A stretch of DNA of 63,128 bases from Patescibacteria group bacterium (lineage in GTDB: Bacteria > Patescibacteriota > Microgenomatia > UBA10105 > UBA927): contig JAMCTH010000007.1 of the NCBI GenBank assembly GCA_023379025.1, positions 1 through 63,128 of the forward strand, read 5' to 3'. Positions within the stretch are counted from its first letter, which is position 1. Every line of letters begins with the position of its first letter. Of this stretch, positions 54,153 through 63,113 are shown one piece after another. The notes beneath the pieces are model-generated. The model searched no databases and had not been told where the DNA came from. It saw only the letters and a list, made by a program, of their open reading frames with translations. A program made the position numbers and the translations under genes.

Positions 54153-57100
54153 TTAGTTTACTACCCACCAGTTGAACGCGATAGGCGTGTGTATCGGGTG
54201 GTCGATGCCGACGGTAAAGCCGGTGCCCGGGGTGGAAGCCGCTACATAGAGGACCTGGTTTTGTGTAGAAGTAATCGGTGTGATATAGATAAGCGATCGA
54301 TCAGTTACCTGTGATGTAGTGATGGTTATGTCTGTTGTATTTGCGCTCAACGTTGCCTGCCCTACGGTCGTGTCCGCCGGCACGGCTGAACCCGAGGCCG
54401 CGGCGGCTTCCGCGATTTGGAGTTTCCGGAAAATGCCGGCTCCCGAGGCAACCACGTCGCCCCCTGCAGAGAGCCCCCCGGCAAACTGCGCCGATCCCGA
54501 GGCAGTGACCGCCGCAACCACCTGTCCCTGCGCCCCCCGGATGATGAGGTTCCCGAAGTGGGTGAGGAGCCCGGCTGAACCCGAGGCCGAGCCGGACGCA
54601 AGCTCCGTGGAAGAGAGGTCAAGCGTGAGGTCGCCCCCGGCCGGGGCAATGGTATCCACCCCCAGGACTCCGCCGACGGCCAGGTTGCCGGACACGGCGA
54701 GGTCTCCGTTCACCATGACACTTCCGAGAGGACTGACCACGAGGGTCCCTCCCAGGATATCGACGCTTGCCAGCCGGTCTTTCTCAAGAAAGAGGGTCGG
54801 TCCGAAGGTACTCAGGCCCGAATCTCCGATCCGGACCGGTCCGGCAGCGGTCAGCCCTCCGGCGATACTCGTCATCCCGAGCGAGGTATTCCCGAGGACC
54901 GAGAGATTCTGCGTGACGGAAAGGGTCTGTCCGGTCAGGGTCCCGGCTATGGCGGCAAGCTCCGGCGGGGGACTACTCACCGTATCCCCGGAGAGGAGAG
55001 CCAGGATTGCCGAGGCGGTCGCATCCAGGCCGCTCGGCTGGGGGGTAGCCGCAGGGGTCGCGAACACGATCCGGGTGATGTTCTCAATCGTGGTGGCCGA
55101 CACCGTAGCCGCGGTCACGGTGGATGCCGCCAGGTCCGTAATATCCCCGAACCGCGTCACGATCCGGTCGGCATATAACGTCCCCGAGAACGTAGCGGAA
55201 CCACGGACATCCAGCAGTACGTCATCGCGAGGGCTCGCAGAGCCCGTGGCGATCTCTGGAGATTGCTTCGTCGCTTCGCTTCTCGCAATGACAAGACGGG
55301 AAGCAGTGAGCGTTCCACTAAAGCTGGCATTCCCCAGGTTATCAAAAGTTGCCGCGGGCGTACCTTCCCGGTTGTAGATCCCGAATGTCTGGCCTTGCCC
55401 GAGCCGGACGGCTACCCCGGCACTCTCACTTGCCTCACTGCTTAAAGGCGAGATCACGTCGGTATGAAGCTCTCCGATATCAGCTACCGGCGAGATGATC
55501 CGGTCGGACTGGAGGAGGCCGGTTTTCACCCACAGGCTTTGGATAAGGTCGACGTTGGTCTTGCTTAAGCTGTCCCAGTTTTCCTTGAGCCAGGCAGAAG
55601 CCGATGCTATGATGGATTGGGGAGTGGGCCCGGGTTGGTCCGGAGCCAGCCTCTCAAGCATGGTTCCACGGGTTCGATTCCCGTCGGGTCCACTCCCTAC
55701 TTGACCATTGACAACTCCTGATGAGGATGCTACACTATTTTCGCTTGAGAGGCTGGTATCACGGATCATTCCGGAACCGCTAAAGCTGGTGGACAGGCTT
55801 AACAGGTCAGTTTCCGAACCTGAGGAGGCCCCTAGAGAATCCGCGAAAGCGGATTTTTTGGTGCCGCCATTCAAAAATCCATCCTGCGTCACATCGCCGG
55901 TGTAGTAGCCCAGGTGGACAAAAGCCTCAATGGTGGAAGAACCACACGCATTATTCGTCATTCTGGCTTGTCCAGACGCCATCCCGGCTTGACCGGGAAC
56001 AGATTCTGGAGTCGCTTCACTCCCCAGAATGACGGAGGGAGTACAAGGAGTCCATGCTTCCAAAGCCTTCGCAACGGTGTAACCGTAGCTAGTGGCTTTT
56101 TGGGCCATGCCGGGATGGGTCGCGGAGGAAGTCAGGAAATCGCCAATTTCAATCGGCGCCGAATCCGGTGCAATTTTAACAGGAACACGTCCAGCCAAAG
56201 CCAACATCCGGCTGTCTGCTTTGCCACTGTCTCCATCCACGCTGCCCATAATCACACCCGGGTTAGTAGAAATAATCCCCAACAGTTTCGAATCATACGG
56301 TTTATCCGCCTTCCTCATCACTCCCTTCGTCGTCACTTCTTCTTCCGTCATTCTGGCTTGTCCAGAATCCGAAGTCCCGGCTTGACCGGGAACAGATCCT
56401 GGAGTCGCTTCGCTCCCCAGGATGACGCGGGTGGGGGAAATTGAGACAACATCTCCCGCTTCAATACTCTTGTCACCAGTAACGTAATATTCTGCCAAAT
56501 CAGCCGAGGTGGTATTGGTGGCGCCAAGATAAAGGGTACCGTAGTTATAAGTGGGAGTGAGATAACGCACTATTACAACTCCAGAACCACCATTACCACC
56601 TGTATAAGGACCTCCAGTACAACCACTCCAACCTGAATTGCAAGCACCCATGCCACCATTGCCAAGACCATTTGTCCCATTAGTGGGGGGAACACCCGGT
56701 GTGCTTCCTCCTGTGGCGTAAGTAACAGAAGAACCAGAGATAGAAGATGCTCTTCCAGCGCCACCACTATATTGGACGCCAGCCCCTCCCGCTCCTCCTC
56801 CGCCACCACCGTTACTATTACCACCACCTGCATTACCATAGCCGGTTAGTGGACTTTGTGTGGTTTGTGTTGCAGACCCTCCGTTGCTGCCTGCGCTTCC
56901 GCCACCGGAACCGCCATTGAGTCCTGCCGTACTACTTCCACCACCACCACCACCATAGGCGGTATAGCTTCCAAAAGAAGAATTCCCTCCGTTAGAGCCC
57001 GTATATCCGTTACCGATTGGTCCGCCATTTCCGCCGTTTCCAACAGTTACTGTTTGAGCTCCAGTTACTCCTGTTAAGGAGCCTTCTAAATAGCCTCCTG

Positions 57101-60100
57101 CACCTCCACCACCCCCATGGTATCCACTGCCACTACCGGCTCCTCCACCACCACCACCCACAATGAGAACGTCGACATTCACGGCTGCGCTTGGAGTGAA
57201 AGTTCCAGAAGTAGTGAAAGTATGAGTGGTATAACCGGAGGCGGTAGCAATCGTTCCACCAGTGGCAAAAAACTTAGGAGTTGTATCGAATCTACCAGCT
57301 GTATTCCCACTACTATCCAAAAAGTAAATACTGCCTGTTCCGGTTGAACCGGTGCCGGTGCCTCCTGCCTGGAGCTGGAGTTTGCCGGAGGAGTTAATGA
57401 TCGAGGGACCGGAGGTCCAGGAGATGGAGTTACTGTCTATGGTGGTTGAGGCAGAGCCGATTTTGAGCGAGGCGGAGACCGTGGCATGGCCCTGGGAGTC
57501 CACCCCAAAGACATCAGAACCACTACTTTGCAATTTAATCAAATTGCCCCACGAGCCCGTTTTATTCACCCAAATAGAGTTCATATTGGAATTACTGTCC
57601 ACATCCGCTGCAGAGGGAGCGAGGGAGACCGTGCCGGAGTTTCTTCCCAACCCGCCGGTGATGACATCAAGACGCAAATTTTGGGCCGAGCCGGAATAAT
57701 TCCACAACCGCACCGTGTTGGTGTCCACCTGTTTAATCTGGAAAGCCTGGGTAGAAACATCCAGCCGCAAATTCTGGGTGGAACCGGAATAATTATAGAG
57801 CCTGGTGGTATTGGCATCCACCTGGACAATTTTGAAAGGACTCAAAGAACCGGTAATATATCTGACAATAACAATCCCCGAACCACCGTTGCCGCCCGCG
57901 TAGTGTGTCCCATTGTAACTCGCGCTACCGCCGCCGCCGCCCGTATTGGCAGTTCCGTTGTTCCCGGCTCCTGATGTATTTGGTGCGCTACCTCCGCCAC
58001 CAAGGCCACCAGAACCTCCTGTTCCCGCACGCGTTCCACCACCACCTCCACCACCATAGTAAGTCGCTGATCCAGAAATACTAGAAGAAATCCCGTTGCC
58101 ACCGTTTCCACCGGTAGTGCCGCTCCCGTTTCCACCTACAGCCCCCGCACCGCCCCCACCTCCTCCTGAATTATCATTGTTTCCACCAACACCACCGTTG
58201 TTACCCTGTCCAGCAGTCCCTGTACCATACGAAGTACCAGTACGGCCACCCCCTCCACCGGAGCCGCCATTACCCGCATCAGCAAGACCACCACCTATAG
58301 CAGTAAGAGTGCCAAAAACACTATTACCACCCTGCGAGCCAAATCCTTCAGGAGCAGTACCACCTGCACCACCATTGCCAACAGTTACTGTATATGCTTG
58401 TGGGGTAACGGAAAATCCTGTTCCTGTGAGCACACCACCCCCACCTCCACCACCGCCTAATGTCCCCTTGCCACCGCCCCCACCACCAACCACAAGATAC
58501 TCAACAAGCCCGGCCCCATTAGGTGTGAATGTTCCGCTGCTTGTGAAAGTGTGGATATTGTAACCATTAGCAGTCGTTATTGTCCCGCCGGTGGCGGAAG
58601 AGCTGGCAATGTTTGTTGACTCCCATAAAGAGGTAGCCGTGTTATAGAACCACCCGCTTGCCAAAAGATCATTGGTTTGCTGATTGTGAACAACTTCCAC
58701 ATATGAACCATTGGCAACACTGGCATTTGTTGCAGAAATGACGCCGGATTCGGTGGCCGTGGAAATGTCTTTCCACTGGCCGTTTAAGTTCACCCACCCG
58801 TCACTGACCACATCACTGGTGTTCTGATTATGGGCCACATCTATATAGGAGCCGTTGGCAACCGAGGCGTTGGTATTGGTATATAGTCCATTTCCTCCGG
58901 GAGCTCCGGCAATGGCGTCGCTTCCGATCCAGGCGATGCCATATCTTGTCACATACGTATTTGTTTTTGTAGATCCTCTGGCAATGACAAACTTTGTTTT
59001 TAAGGAACTGCCTATAGCATTGAACTGACAGAAGTATTCGTATTCAGTGGGGGATTGGGAGGTGTCGGTATTGGTTTGATTGCATTGGTAATAATTGGAG
59101 CCACCGTCATTAGAGGCCCAAACCGTCACCGTATTGGACGTATCAGACGAATCCAGCGTATACTGTGCCCACAAGTAGGCTTGGGAGAAACTTTCGGCAG
59201 TCGTCGTAGTTTTGGAAATAAAATTGCCGGAGGTGGCGGTGGCATAGGAATCAACACCGATAGATTTCACCCCCGAGGTGGCCGAACCGGCGGCTTCAAG
59301 ATTATAGGAAACGGCCAGGGATTTGGTGTCGTCATTGGCCAAAAGAGTGCCGCCGGTTGGAGTGTTGGCGGTTTTGTCATAGGTTTTAATGTTGGTGTCT
59401 GAAGTTAAATCAATCTGGGAGACCCGGCCGTTGGTGGCGTCATTTGTCCCTACATACAGATATTGATTGTTAAAATCAACTCTGGCATCGCCGACGGTGT
59501 TGGTGGAACCGCCAAGCTGTTGGTTGCTGTCTGCCGCGCCTCCTCCCAAGGTCGTCGCATGGCTCTGCAAAGCCCGATACCCAACTTCATACATGTGCTT
59601 GATTTGACCAGCAGAAAGGGCAGTGGCAGTCACAAAGGGTTCGTCAATGGTACCGTTAATATATGCGCCTTGGTTAGTACTTCCCCCAACTACCAAAGGA
59701 ACGGCCGCGGTATTTGGCGCACTTGATGAAGCTGAAGCCATCAGTGTGCCGTCAATATATACTCTTTTGATCGAACCATCCCAAGTTGCAACCACATGGT
59801 GCCAATTACCGTCATTAAGTTTAACTGCAGTAGTCTGGGTATCACCAATACCAGCGTAGGAAAAATCAAGCGTATTGCTGCTCGCATAATATAGAATTTC
59901 CCACCCAACATTTGCACCGGCGTGACTGATTAAACCAGCATATGTTGCTGCAGTGCTTGTAGTTTTTAACCAAGAGCCAGCAGAAAATGACCCAGTTGTG
60001 AAGTTGTAATTAGTGGCACTTGCACTACAGGCACCTCCGGTTGAATCAGAACAAAGATAGCCAGTTCCGCCCAGAGTTAATCCTGTTCCTCTTACCCCAG

Positions 60101-63100
60101 AGGCGTATGTGGCAGAAGCGACTTTATTGTAAAGAGTTTGGGCTTTCACAGACGCATCAGAGACTGTTCCGGCCACGGCTAAAGTGCCACTGCCATTTAA
60201 CGGCCACATGCCGCGAATATCTCCCACCATTTCTTCAGAAATGTAGTCTTTGGTGTAGTATTTGACGGAACCGTTGGCTTCGTCCTTACCTTCATTCGTA
60301 TTAGCACCTGATTGTTTTTCCTGAATAACATTAAGGCCGTAGTCCGTTGAAACATATACTGTGTTTGATTTTCCATCAATCGTAGAAGTTCCTTGTGTCG
60401 CATAAATTTTAATGTTATTTGTCGTATTGGGGTAAAGGCCGAGAATGGATAACCCCTTACTGGAAGTGTCACTTCTATATTCACAATCTTTACCGTTATA
60501 TAATTCCCAATCGCCTGTAGCTCCAGCATTGTATTTACAGTGGATGATGGGAGTAGTTCCCAAATGCGCGATGTAAAGATTACCATTTGATAACAGGTAA
60601 ACTGCCTTAGTTACGTTCTCATTCGTACGAGTTCCGTTTGCAACCGTCTGGTCAGTTTCATTGATGACCGAAACCCCACCGTCAGTCCCCACCGCCACAT
60701 ACGTTCTTGGGCTGACTTGGCCAGTGGCGGTCCAGGTGTAACATTGGTATGTATTAGAAAAATATGATGTTGAAAGACTCAACCGAGCAGTAAAATTAGT
60801 ATTAGTGATAGCATAAGCTTCAGCGCCAATAGCTGCATTTCCAGAATTAGTGGCACAATCGCTTAATTTCACCGGTGCGGACGCGCTATACCCGTTAGCG
60901 GTTAGATTAACTCCCGGGATACCATTAAATTTATAAGGAAAATTGACACTTTCGGAGATATAGGCAGTTCCGTTTGCCTGTATATATCCCCATCCACTTA
61001 CAGTCATGGTTTGAGTTGGTTGGTTAGGGATGACGGCGGCGGAGACGTCGTTGACGACCACATTGACAATAGCTGTGCTGTCATTTACTGTTGTTGAATT
61101 TAAAGCGGAATTCCGTTGCGAAATAACACCATTATATTTTCTTAAACCATTGGGGGATCCATAATATGAGTAACCTGAGTCTGAATAAAACCTAATATTT
61201 CCAGCTGCTCCTGTTGTTCCATTATTGGCCGCAGCATAGATCACACCATTTAATGCAGTTACAGATTTTAGTGCGGTTGAAGAATAACCCCAGTTGTCAA
61301 TAATGGCGTGACCACCAGAATCACTATTGAATCTCATCCATAGTTTTTGAGTATCAGCATCTATGATATCCAGATAAGAATCTTCTCCAACGATATAACT
61401 TCTTTCCGGAAAAGCCGCTTTCGCGCCGCGGGTGGAACTGGCGGGTTCCACCACCCACGATGCGATTTTGAAAACATCACCGGTGTTGTAGTGATAATTT
61501 GAGCCGGCGAGGCTGGTGAAGGTGACACTGACGCCCGTCCCAGTCAGTGCCTGACTGGCTCCGGGCGTAATTGTTACATTGCTGGCATTGTTACCATTGT
61601 AATCGGTCCAAGAAAAAGTCGTGGGGGAGGCGATGGTGATGTAGATAGTTCTCGCGGCCGCGCTCGAACTGTAAGAACCAGAGACTTTTAAGAGAGAACC
61701 GTTGTAAACCGTTGACAGGTTAGGATTAGGGCGATTGGGGGAATTAGGGGAATTGGGGGAAGAGGGCCAAATTGTATCGTTTTGACTGAAACTGGCACTC
61801 GTTGTCGCGACGGAGAGGGTAATCCCGTTATACCAATTAGGGTCAATGCCTAGTTCCACCTGAACTTGAGGTGAGGAATCCCGGGTTCTGTCATAGTAGA
61901 AGACCTTATTTACGGTGTTACTGCCCAAATACGTATTGCCGGCGTTGTCAGTGGTGGAAGTGGCAAAGGTTTGACCACCGATGAGGCCGGCACGATAGGG
62001 GGCAGTAGGCGTATTTATATTGTTCGAAGCCGAAGGCTGAGAACTTCTCGCTTCGCTCGAAGAATATTGCACCGGGCCGGAGACGGTCGTATTGGCAGAA
62101 TCTGTCTTCGTGGTATCGGAGAGGTTGTCAAAATACAGGCCCTTGGGGGCGATGTTCTGGTTGGGAGAAGTTCCGGCGTTAACTGCGGTGTAGTTATTAG
62201 CCAGAAGCCAGTATTCGTTGTGCTTTGAACCTTTGTCAATGGAAGCGGCAGCAGTGACCTGGATCTGGGGGATGAAGACCATGGTGATGTAGCCGGAGCC
62301 GCTGGTACTCGTGTCCGTCACGGTGCCGATTAAACCGTCAAACTGCTTGGCGCTCGTGACGGCCTGGCCCGCGACATCGCTTGTGAAGATATAGTCGCCG
62401 CGGGCGACGGTCGTGGTATTTTTGATGGTGACCGTGGTCGAGCCGCCGATTTTGACGGAACAGGAGGCGGAGGCGGCGCAGGAAGTGAGGATGACCCCGT
62501 ATGTACCCTTTTTATATGGTGTAGTCGTAGTCGTCACCGAGGTATTGGCCGACGTGTCAAAGATGACGAGGGTCCGGGCCGCAAGCGTGCCGCCGCTCGT
62601 ATTGGTAGCCGAGATGATGGTCGGGTCGGAGAGGGCGTTCCAGGCCGAGCCGTTGTAGAGATAGAGGTTGTTGTCGGTCGTGTTGTAGTAGAGGGCGCCC
62701 GATCCTACGGCCGTGGGAGCGGAGGCGTAGCCCCCGACCTGCACCTGGCCGCCGGAGATGATGTCGCCCGCGGTTTTGAGTGACGTGCCGGCTGAGGCCG
62801 GGTCGAGGTAATAGGCGGTGTTGGCGCTGTCCTGGAATTTTTGGGCGGTCAGGACGCCGTTACTGTCCAGATTGTACGTTGAGCCGTTGAAGTAAATGGA
62901 GCCGGTGCCGTTGGGATCGATCGTGAGGGACTGGTTGGTGCCGCCGGTCGTAAGGGTTGCGGTGGCGCTGTTGTAGCCGAGCGTGAGGTCGCTTGCGGAG
63001 ATATCGCCGGTTGCGCCGTTTAAGAGGATGAGGGCCGAGGCCGTCGAGGTGGTCGAGCGGGGAACGGCGCCCGTACTTCCCAGGGCAATGCTCTGGTCCA

Positions 63101-63113
63101 CGACCGACAACAA
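54153..63113 (-). CDS. Giant (2,986-aa) surface or fibre-like protein: fibre-like N-terminus, LamG domain, two glycine-rich modules, repeat-rich C-terminal region
   Basis: A single uninterrupted ORF of about 9 kb. It contains a LamG/ConA-like segment (about 59570-60225; ...NDGNWHHVVATWDGSIKRVYIDG...). Two glycine-rich modules run GGTI.TA.GY..HTFT.SGTF...VGGGGGG...GGNGGSG.VIVRY (about 57853-58590 and 56565-57272). Tandem NASVANGSY.(D/E)V.HNQ repeats are also present. The start is non-ATG (TTG 63113 or GTG 63101) with in-frame stops just upstream, and no signal peptide is evident. Confidence 0.85.
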   Translation of the reverse strand: MLSVVDQSIALGSTGAVPRSTTSTASALILLNGATGDISASDLTLGYNSATATLTTGGTNQSLTIDPNGTGSIYFNGSTYNLDSNGVLTAQKFQDSANTAYYLDPASAGTSLKTAGDIISGGQVQVGGYASAPTAVGSGALYYNTTDNNLYLYNGSAWNALSDPTIISATNTSGGTLAARTLVIFDTSANTSVTTTTTPYKKGTYGVILTSCAASASCSVKIGGSTTVTIKNTTTVARGDYIFTSDVAGQAVTSAKQFDGLIGTVTDTSTSGSGYITMVFIPQIQVTAAASIDKGSKHNEYWLLANNYTAVNAGTSPNQNIAPKGLYFDNLSDTTKTDSANTTVSGPVQYSSSEARSSQPSASNNINTPTAPYRAGLIGGQTFATSTTDNAGNTYLGSNTVNKVFYYDRTRDSSPQVQVELGIDPNWYNGITLSVATTSASFSQNDTIWPSSPNSPNSPNRPNPNLSTVYNGSLLKVSGSYSSSAAARTIYITIASPTTFSWTDYNGNNASNVTITPGASQALTGTGVSVTFTSLAGSNYHYNTGDVFKIASWVVEPASSTRGAKAAFPERSYIVGEDSYLDIIDADTQKLWMRFNSDSGGHAIIDNWGYSSTALKSVTALNGVIYAAANNGTTGAAGNIRFYSDSGYSYYGSPNGLRKYNGVISQRNSALNSTTVNDSTAIVNVVVNDVSAAVIPNQPTQTMTVSGWGYIQANGTAYISESVNFPYKFNGIPGVNLTANGYSASAPVKLSDCATNSGNAAIGAEAYAITNTNFTARLSLSTSYFSNTYQCYTWTATGQVSPRTYVAVGTDGGVSVINETDQTVANGTRTNENVTKAVYLLSNGNLYIAHLGTTPIIHCKYNAGATGDWELYNGKDCEYRSDTSSKGLSILGLYPNTTNNIKIYATQGTSTIDGKSNTVYVSTDYGLNVIQEKQSGANTNEGKDEANGSVKYYTKDYISEEMVGDIRGMWPLNGSGTLAVAGTVSDASVKAQTLYNKVASATYASGVRGTGLTLGGTGYLCSDSTGGACSASATNYNFTTGSFSAGSWLKTTSTAATYAGLISHAGANVGWEILYYASSNTLDFSYAGIGDTQTTAVKLNDGNWHHVVATWDGSIKRVYIDGTLMASASSSAPNTAAVPLVVGGSTNQGAYINGTIDEPFVTATALSAGQIKHMYEVGYRALQSHATTLGGGAADSNQQLGGSTNTVGDARVDFNNQYLYVGTNDATNGRVSQIDLTSDTNIKTYDKTANTPTGGTLLANDDTKSLAVSYNLEAAGSATSGVKSIGVDSYATATSGNFISKTTTTAESFSQAYLWAQYTLDSSDTSNTVTVWASNDGGSNYYQCNQTNTDTSQSPTEYEYFCQFNAIGSSLKTKFVIARGSTKTNTYVTRYGIAWIGSDAIAGAPGGNGLYTNTNASVANGSYIDVAHNQNTSDVVSDGWVNLNGQWKDISTATESGVISATNASVANGSYVEVVHNQQTNDLLASGWFYNTATSLWESTNIASSSATGGTITTANGYNIHTFTSSGTFTPNGAGLVEYLVVGGGGGGKGTLGGGGGGGGVLTGTGFSVTPQAYTVTVGNGGAGGTAPEGFGSQGGNSVFGTLTAIGGGLADAGNGGSGGGGGRTGTSYGTGTAGQGNNGGVGGNNDNSGGGGGGAGAVGGNGSGTTGGNGGNGISSSISGSATYYGGGGGGGTRAGTGGSGGLGGGGSAPNTSGAGNNGTANTGGGGGSASYNGTHYAGGNGGSGIVIVRYITGSLSPFKIVQVDANTTRLYNYSGSTQNLRLDVSTQAFQIKQVDTNTVRLWNYSGSAQNLRLDVITGGLGRNSGTVSLAPSAADVDSNSNMNSIWVNKTGSWGNLIKLQSSGSDVFGVDSQGHATVSASLKIGSASTTIDSNSISWTSGPSIINSSGKLQLQAGGTGTGSTGTGSIYFLDSSGNTAGRFDTTPKFFATGGTIATASGYTTHTFTTSGTFTPSAAVNVDVLIVGGGGGGAGSGSGYHGGGGGAGGYLEGSLTGVTGAQTVTVGNGGNGGPIGNGYTGSNGGNSSFGSYTAYGGGGGGSSTAGLNGGSGGGSAGSNGGSATQTTQSPLTGYGNAGGGNSNGGGGGGAGGAGVQYSGGAGRASSISGSSVTYATGGSTPGVPPTNGTNGLGNGGMGACNSGWSGCTGGPYTGGNGGSGVVIVRYLTPTYNYGTLYLGATNTTSADLAEYYVTGDKSIEAGDVVSISPTRVILGSEATPGSVPGQAGTSDSGQARMTEEEVTTKGVMRKADKPYDSKLLGIISTNPGVIMGSVDGDSGKADSRMLALAGRVPVKIAPDSAPIEIGDFLTSSATHPGMAQKATSYGYTVAKALEAWTPCTPSVILGSEATPESVPGQAGMASGQARMTNNACGSSTIEAFVHLGYYTGDVTQDGFLNGGTKKSAFADSLGASSGSETDLLSLSTSFSGSGMIRDTSLSSENSVASSSGVVNGQVGSGPDGNRTRGTMLERLAPDQPGPTPQSIIASASAWLKENWDSLSKTNVDLIQSLWVKTGLLQSDRIISPVADIGELHTDVISPLSSEASESAGVAVRLGQGQTFGIYNREGTPAATFDNLGNASFSGTLTASRLVIARSEATKQSPEIATGSASPRDDVLLDVRGSATFSGTLYADRIVTRFGDITDLAASTVTAATVSATTIENITRIVFATPAATPQPSGLDATASAILALLSGDTVSSPPPELAAIAGTLTGQTLSVTQNLSVLGNTSLGMTSIAGGLTAAGPVRIGDSGLSTFGPTLFLEKDRLASVDILGGTLVVSPLGSVMVNGDLAVSGNLAVGGVLGVDTIAPAGGDLTLDLSSTELASGSASGSAGLLTHFGNLIIRGAQGQVVAAVTASGSAQFAGGLSAGGDVVASGAGIFRKLQIAEAAAASGSAVPADTTVGQATLSANTTDITITTSQVTDRSLIYITPITSTQNQVLYVAASTPGTGFTVGIDHPIHTPIAFNWWVVN
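55221..55292. repeat. 72-nt palindromic mini-element in frame in the giant ORF
   Basis: The termini GTCATCGCGAG...CTCGCAATGAC are inverted, with internal hairpins GGGCTCGCAGAGCCC and GCGATCTCTGGAGATTGC. It translates as VIARSEATKQSPEIATGSASPRDD. Confidence 0.8.
55626..55692 (+). other. tRNA-Ala-like minihelix (acceptor plus T arm) antisense within the giant ORF
   Basis: GGGCCCG...ACGGG-TTCGATT-CCCGT-CGGGTCC-A. The acceptor stem is identical to tRNA-Ala(GGC) at 18152, including G3.U70. Only 35 nt lie between the acceptor and the T arm, and no anticodon arm can be folded. Confidence 0.6.
55956..56034. repeat. 79-nt palindromic mini-element in frame in the giant ORF (copy B)
   Basis: CGTCATTCTGGCTTGTCCAGA...CCCGGCTTGACCGGG...CTGGAGTCGCTTCACTCCCCAGAATGACG, with terminal inverted repeats CGTCATTCTGG/CCAGAATGACG. 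Confidence 0.85.
56346..56427. repeat. 82-nt palindromic mini-element in frame in the giant ORF (copy A)
   Basis: Same family and orientation as 55956-56034. It differs by a few substitutions and a 3-nt length change, so the reading frame is preserved. Confidence 0.85.
62653..62682. repeat. Inverted repeat, inner copy (encodes TTDNNLYLYN of the giant protein)
   Basis: TTGTAGAGATAGAGGTTGTTGTCGGTCGTG is the perfect reverse complement of 63099-63128. Confidence 0.9.

Noticed and set aside
55626-55692. Calling the tRNA-like sequence in the giant ORF a functional tRNA or tmRNA.
   Set aside because: Only 35 nt separate the acceptor from the T arm, and no D or anticodon arm folds. There is no tmRNA-like tag ORF or pseudoknot region. 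I kept it as an 'other' feature.
54319-58563. Plus-strand ORFs within the giant gene, for example 54319-55377 (352 aa) and the Pro-rich 58096-58563.
   Set aside because: They are antisense shadows of the 9-kb minus-strand ORF. The poly-Pro sequence is simply the complement of the Gly-rich GGN codons.
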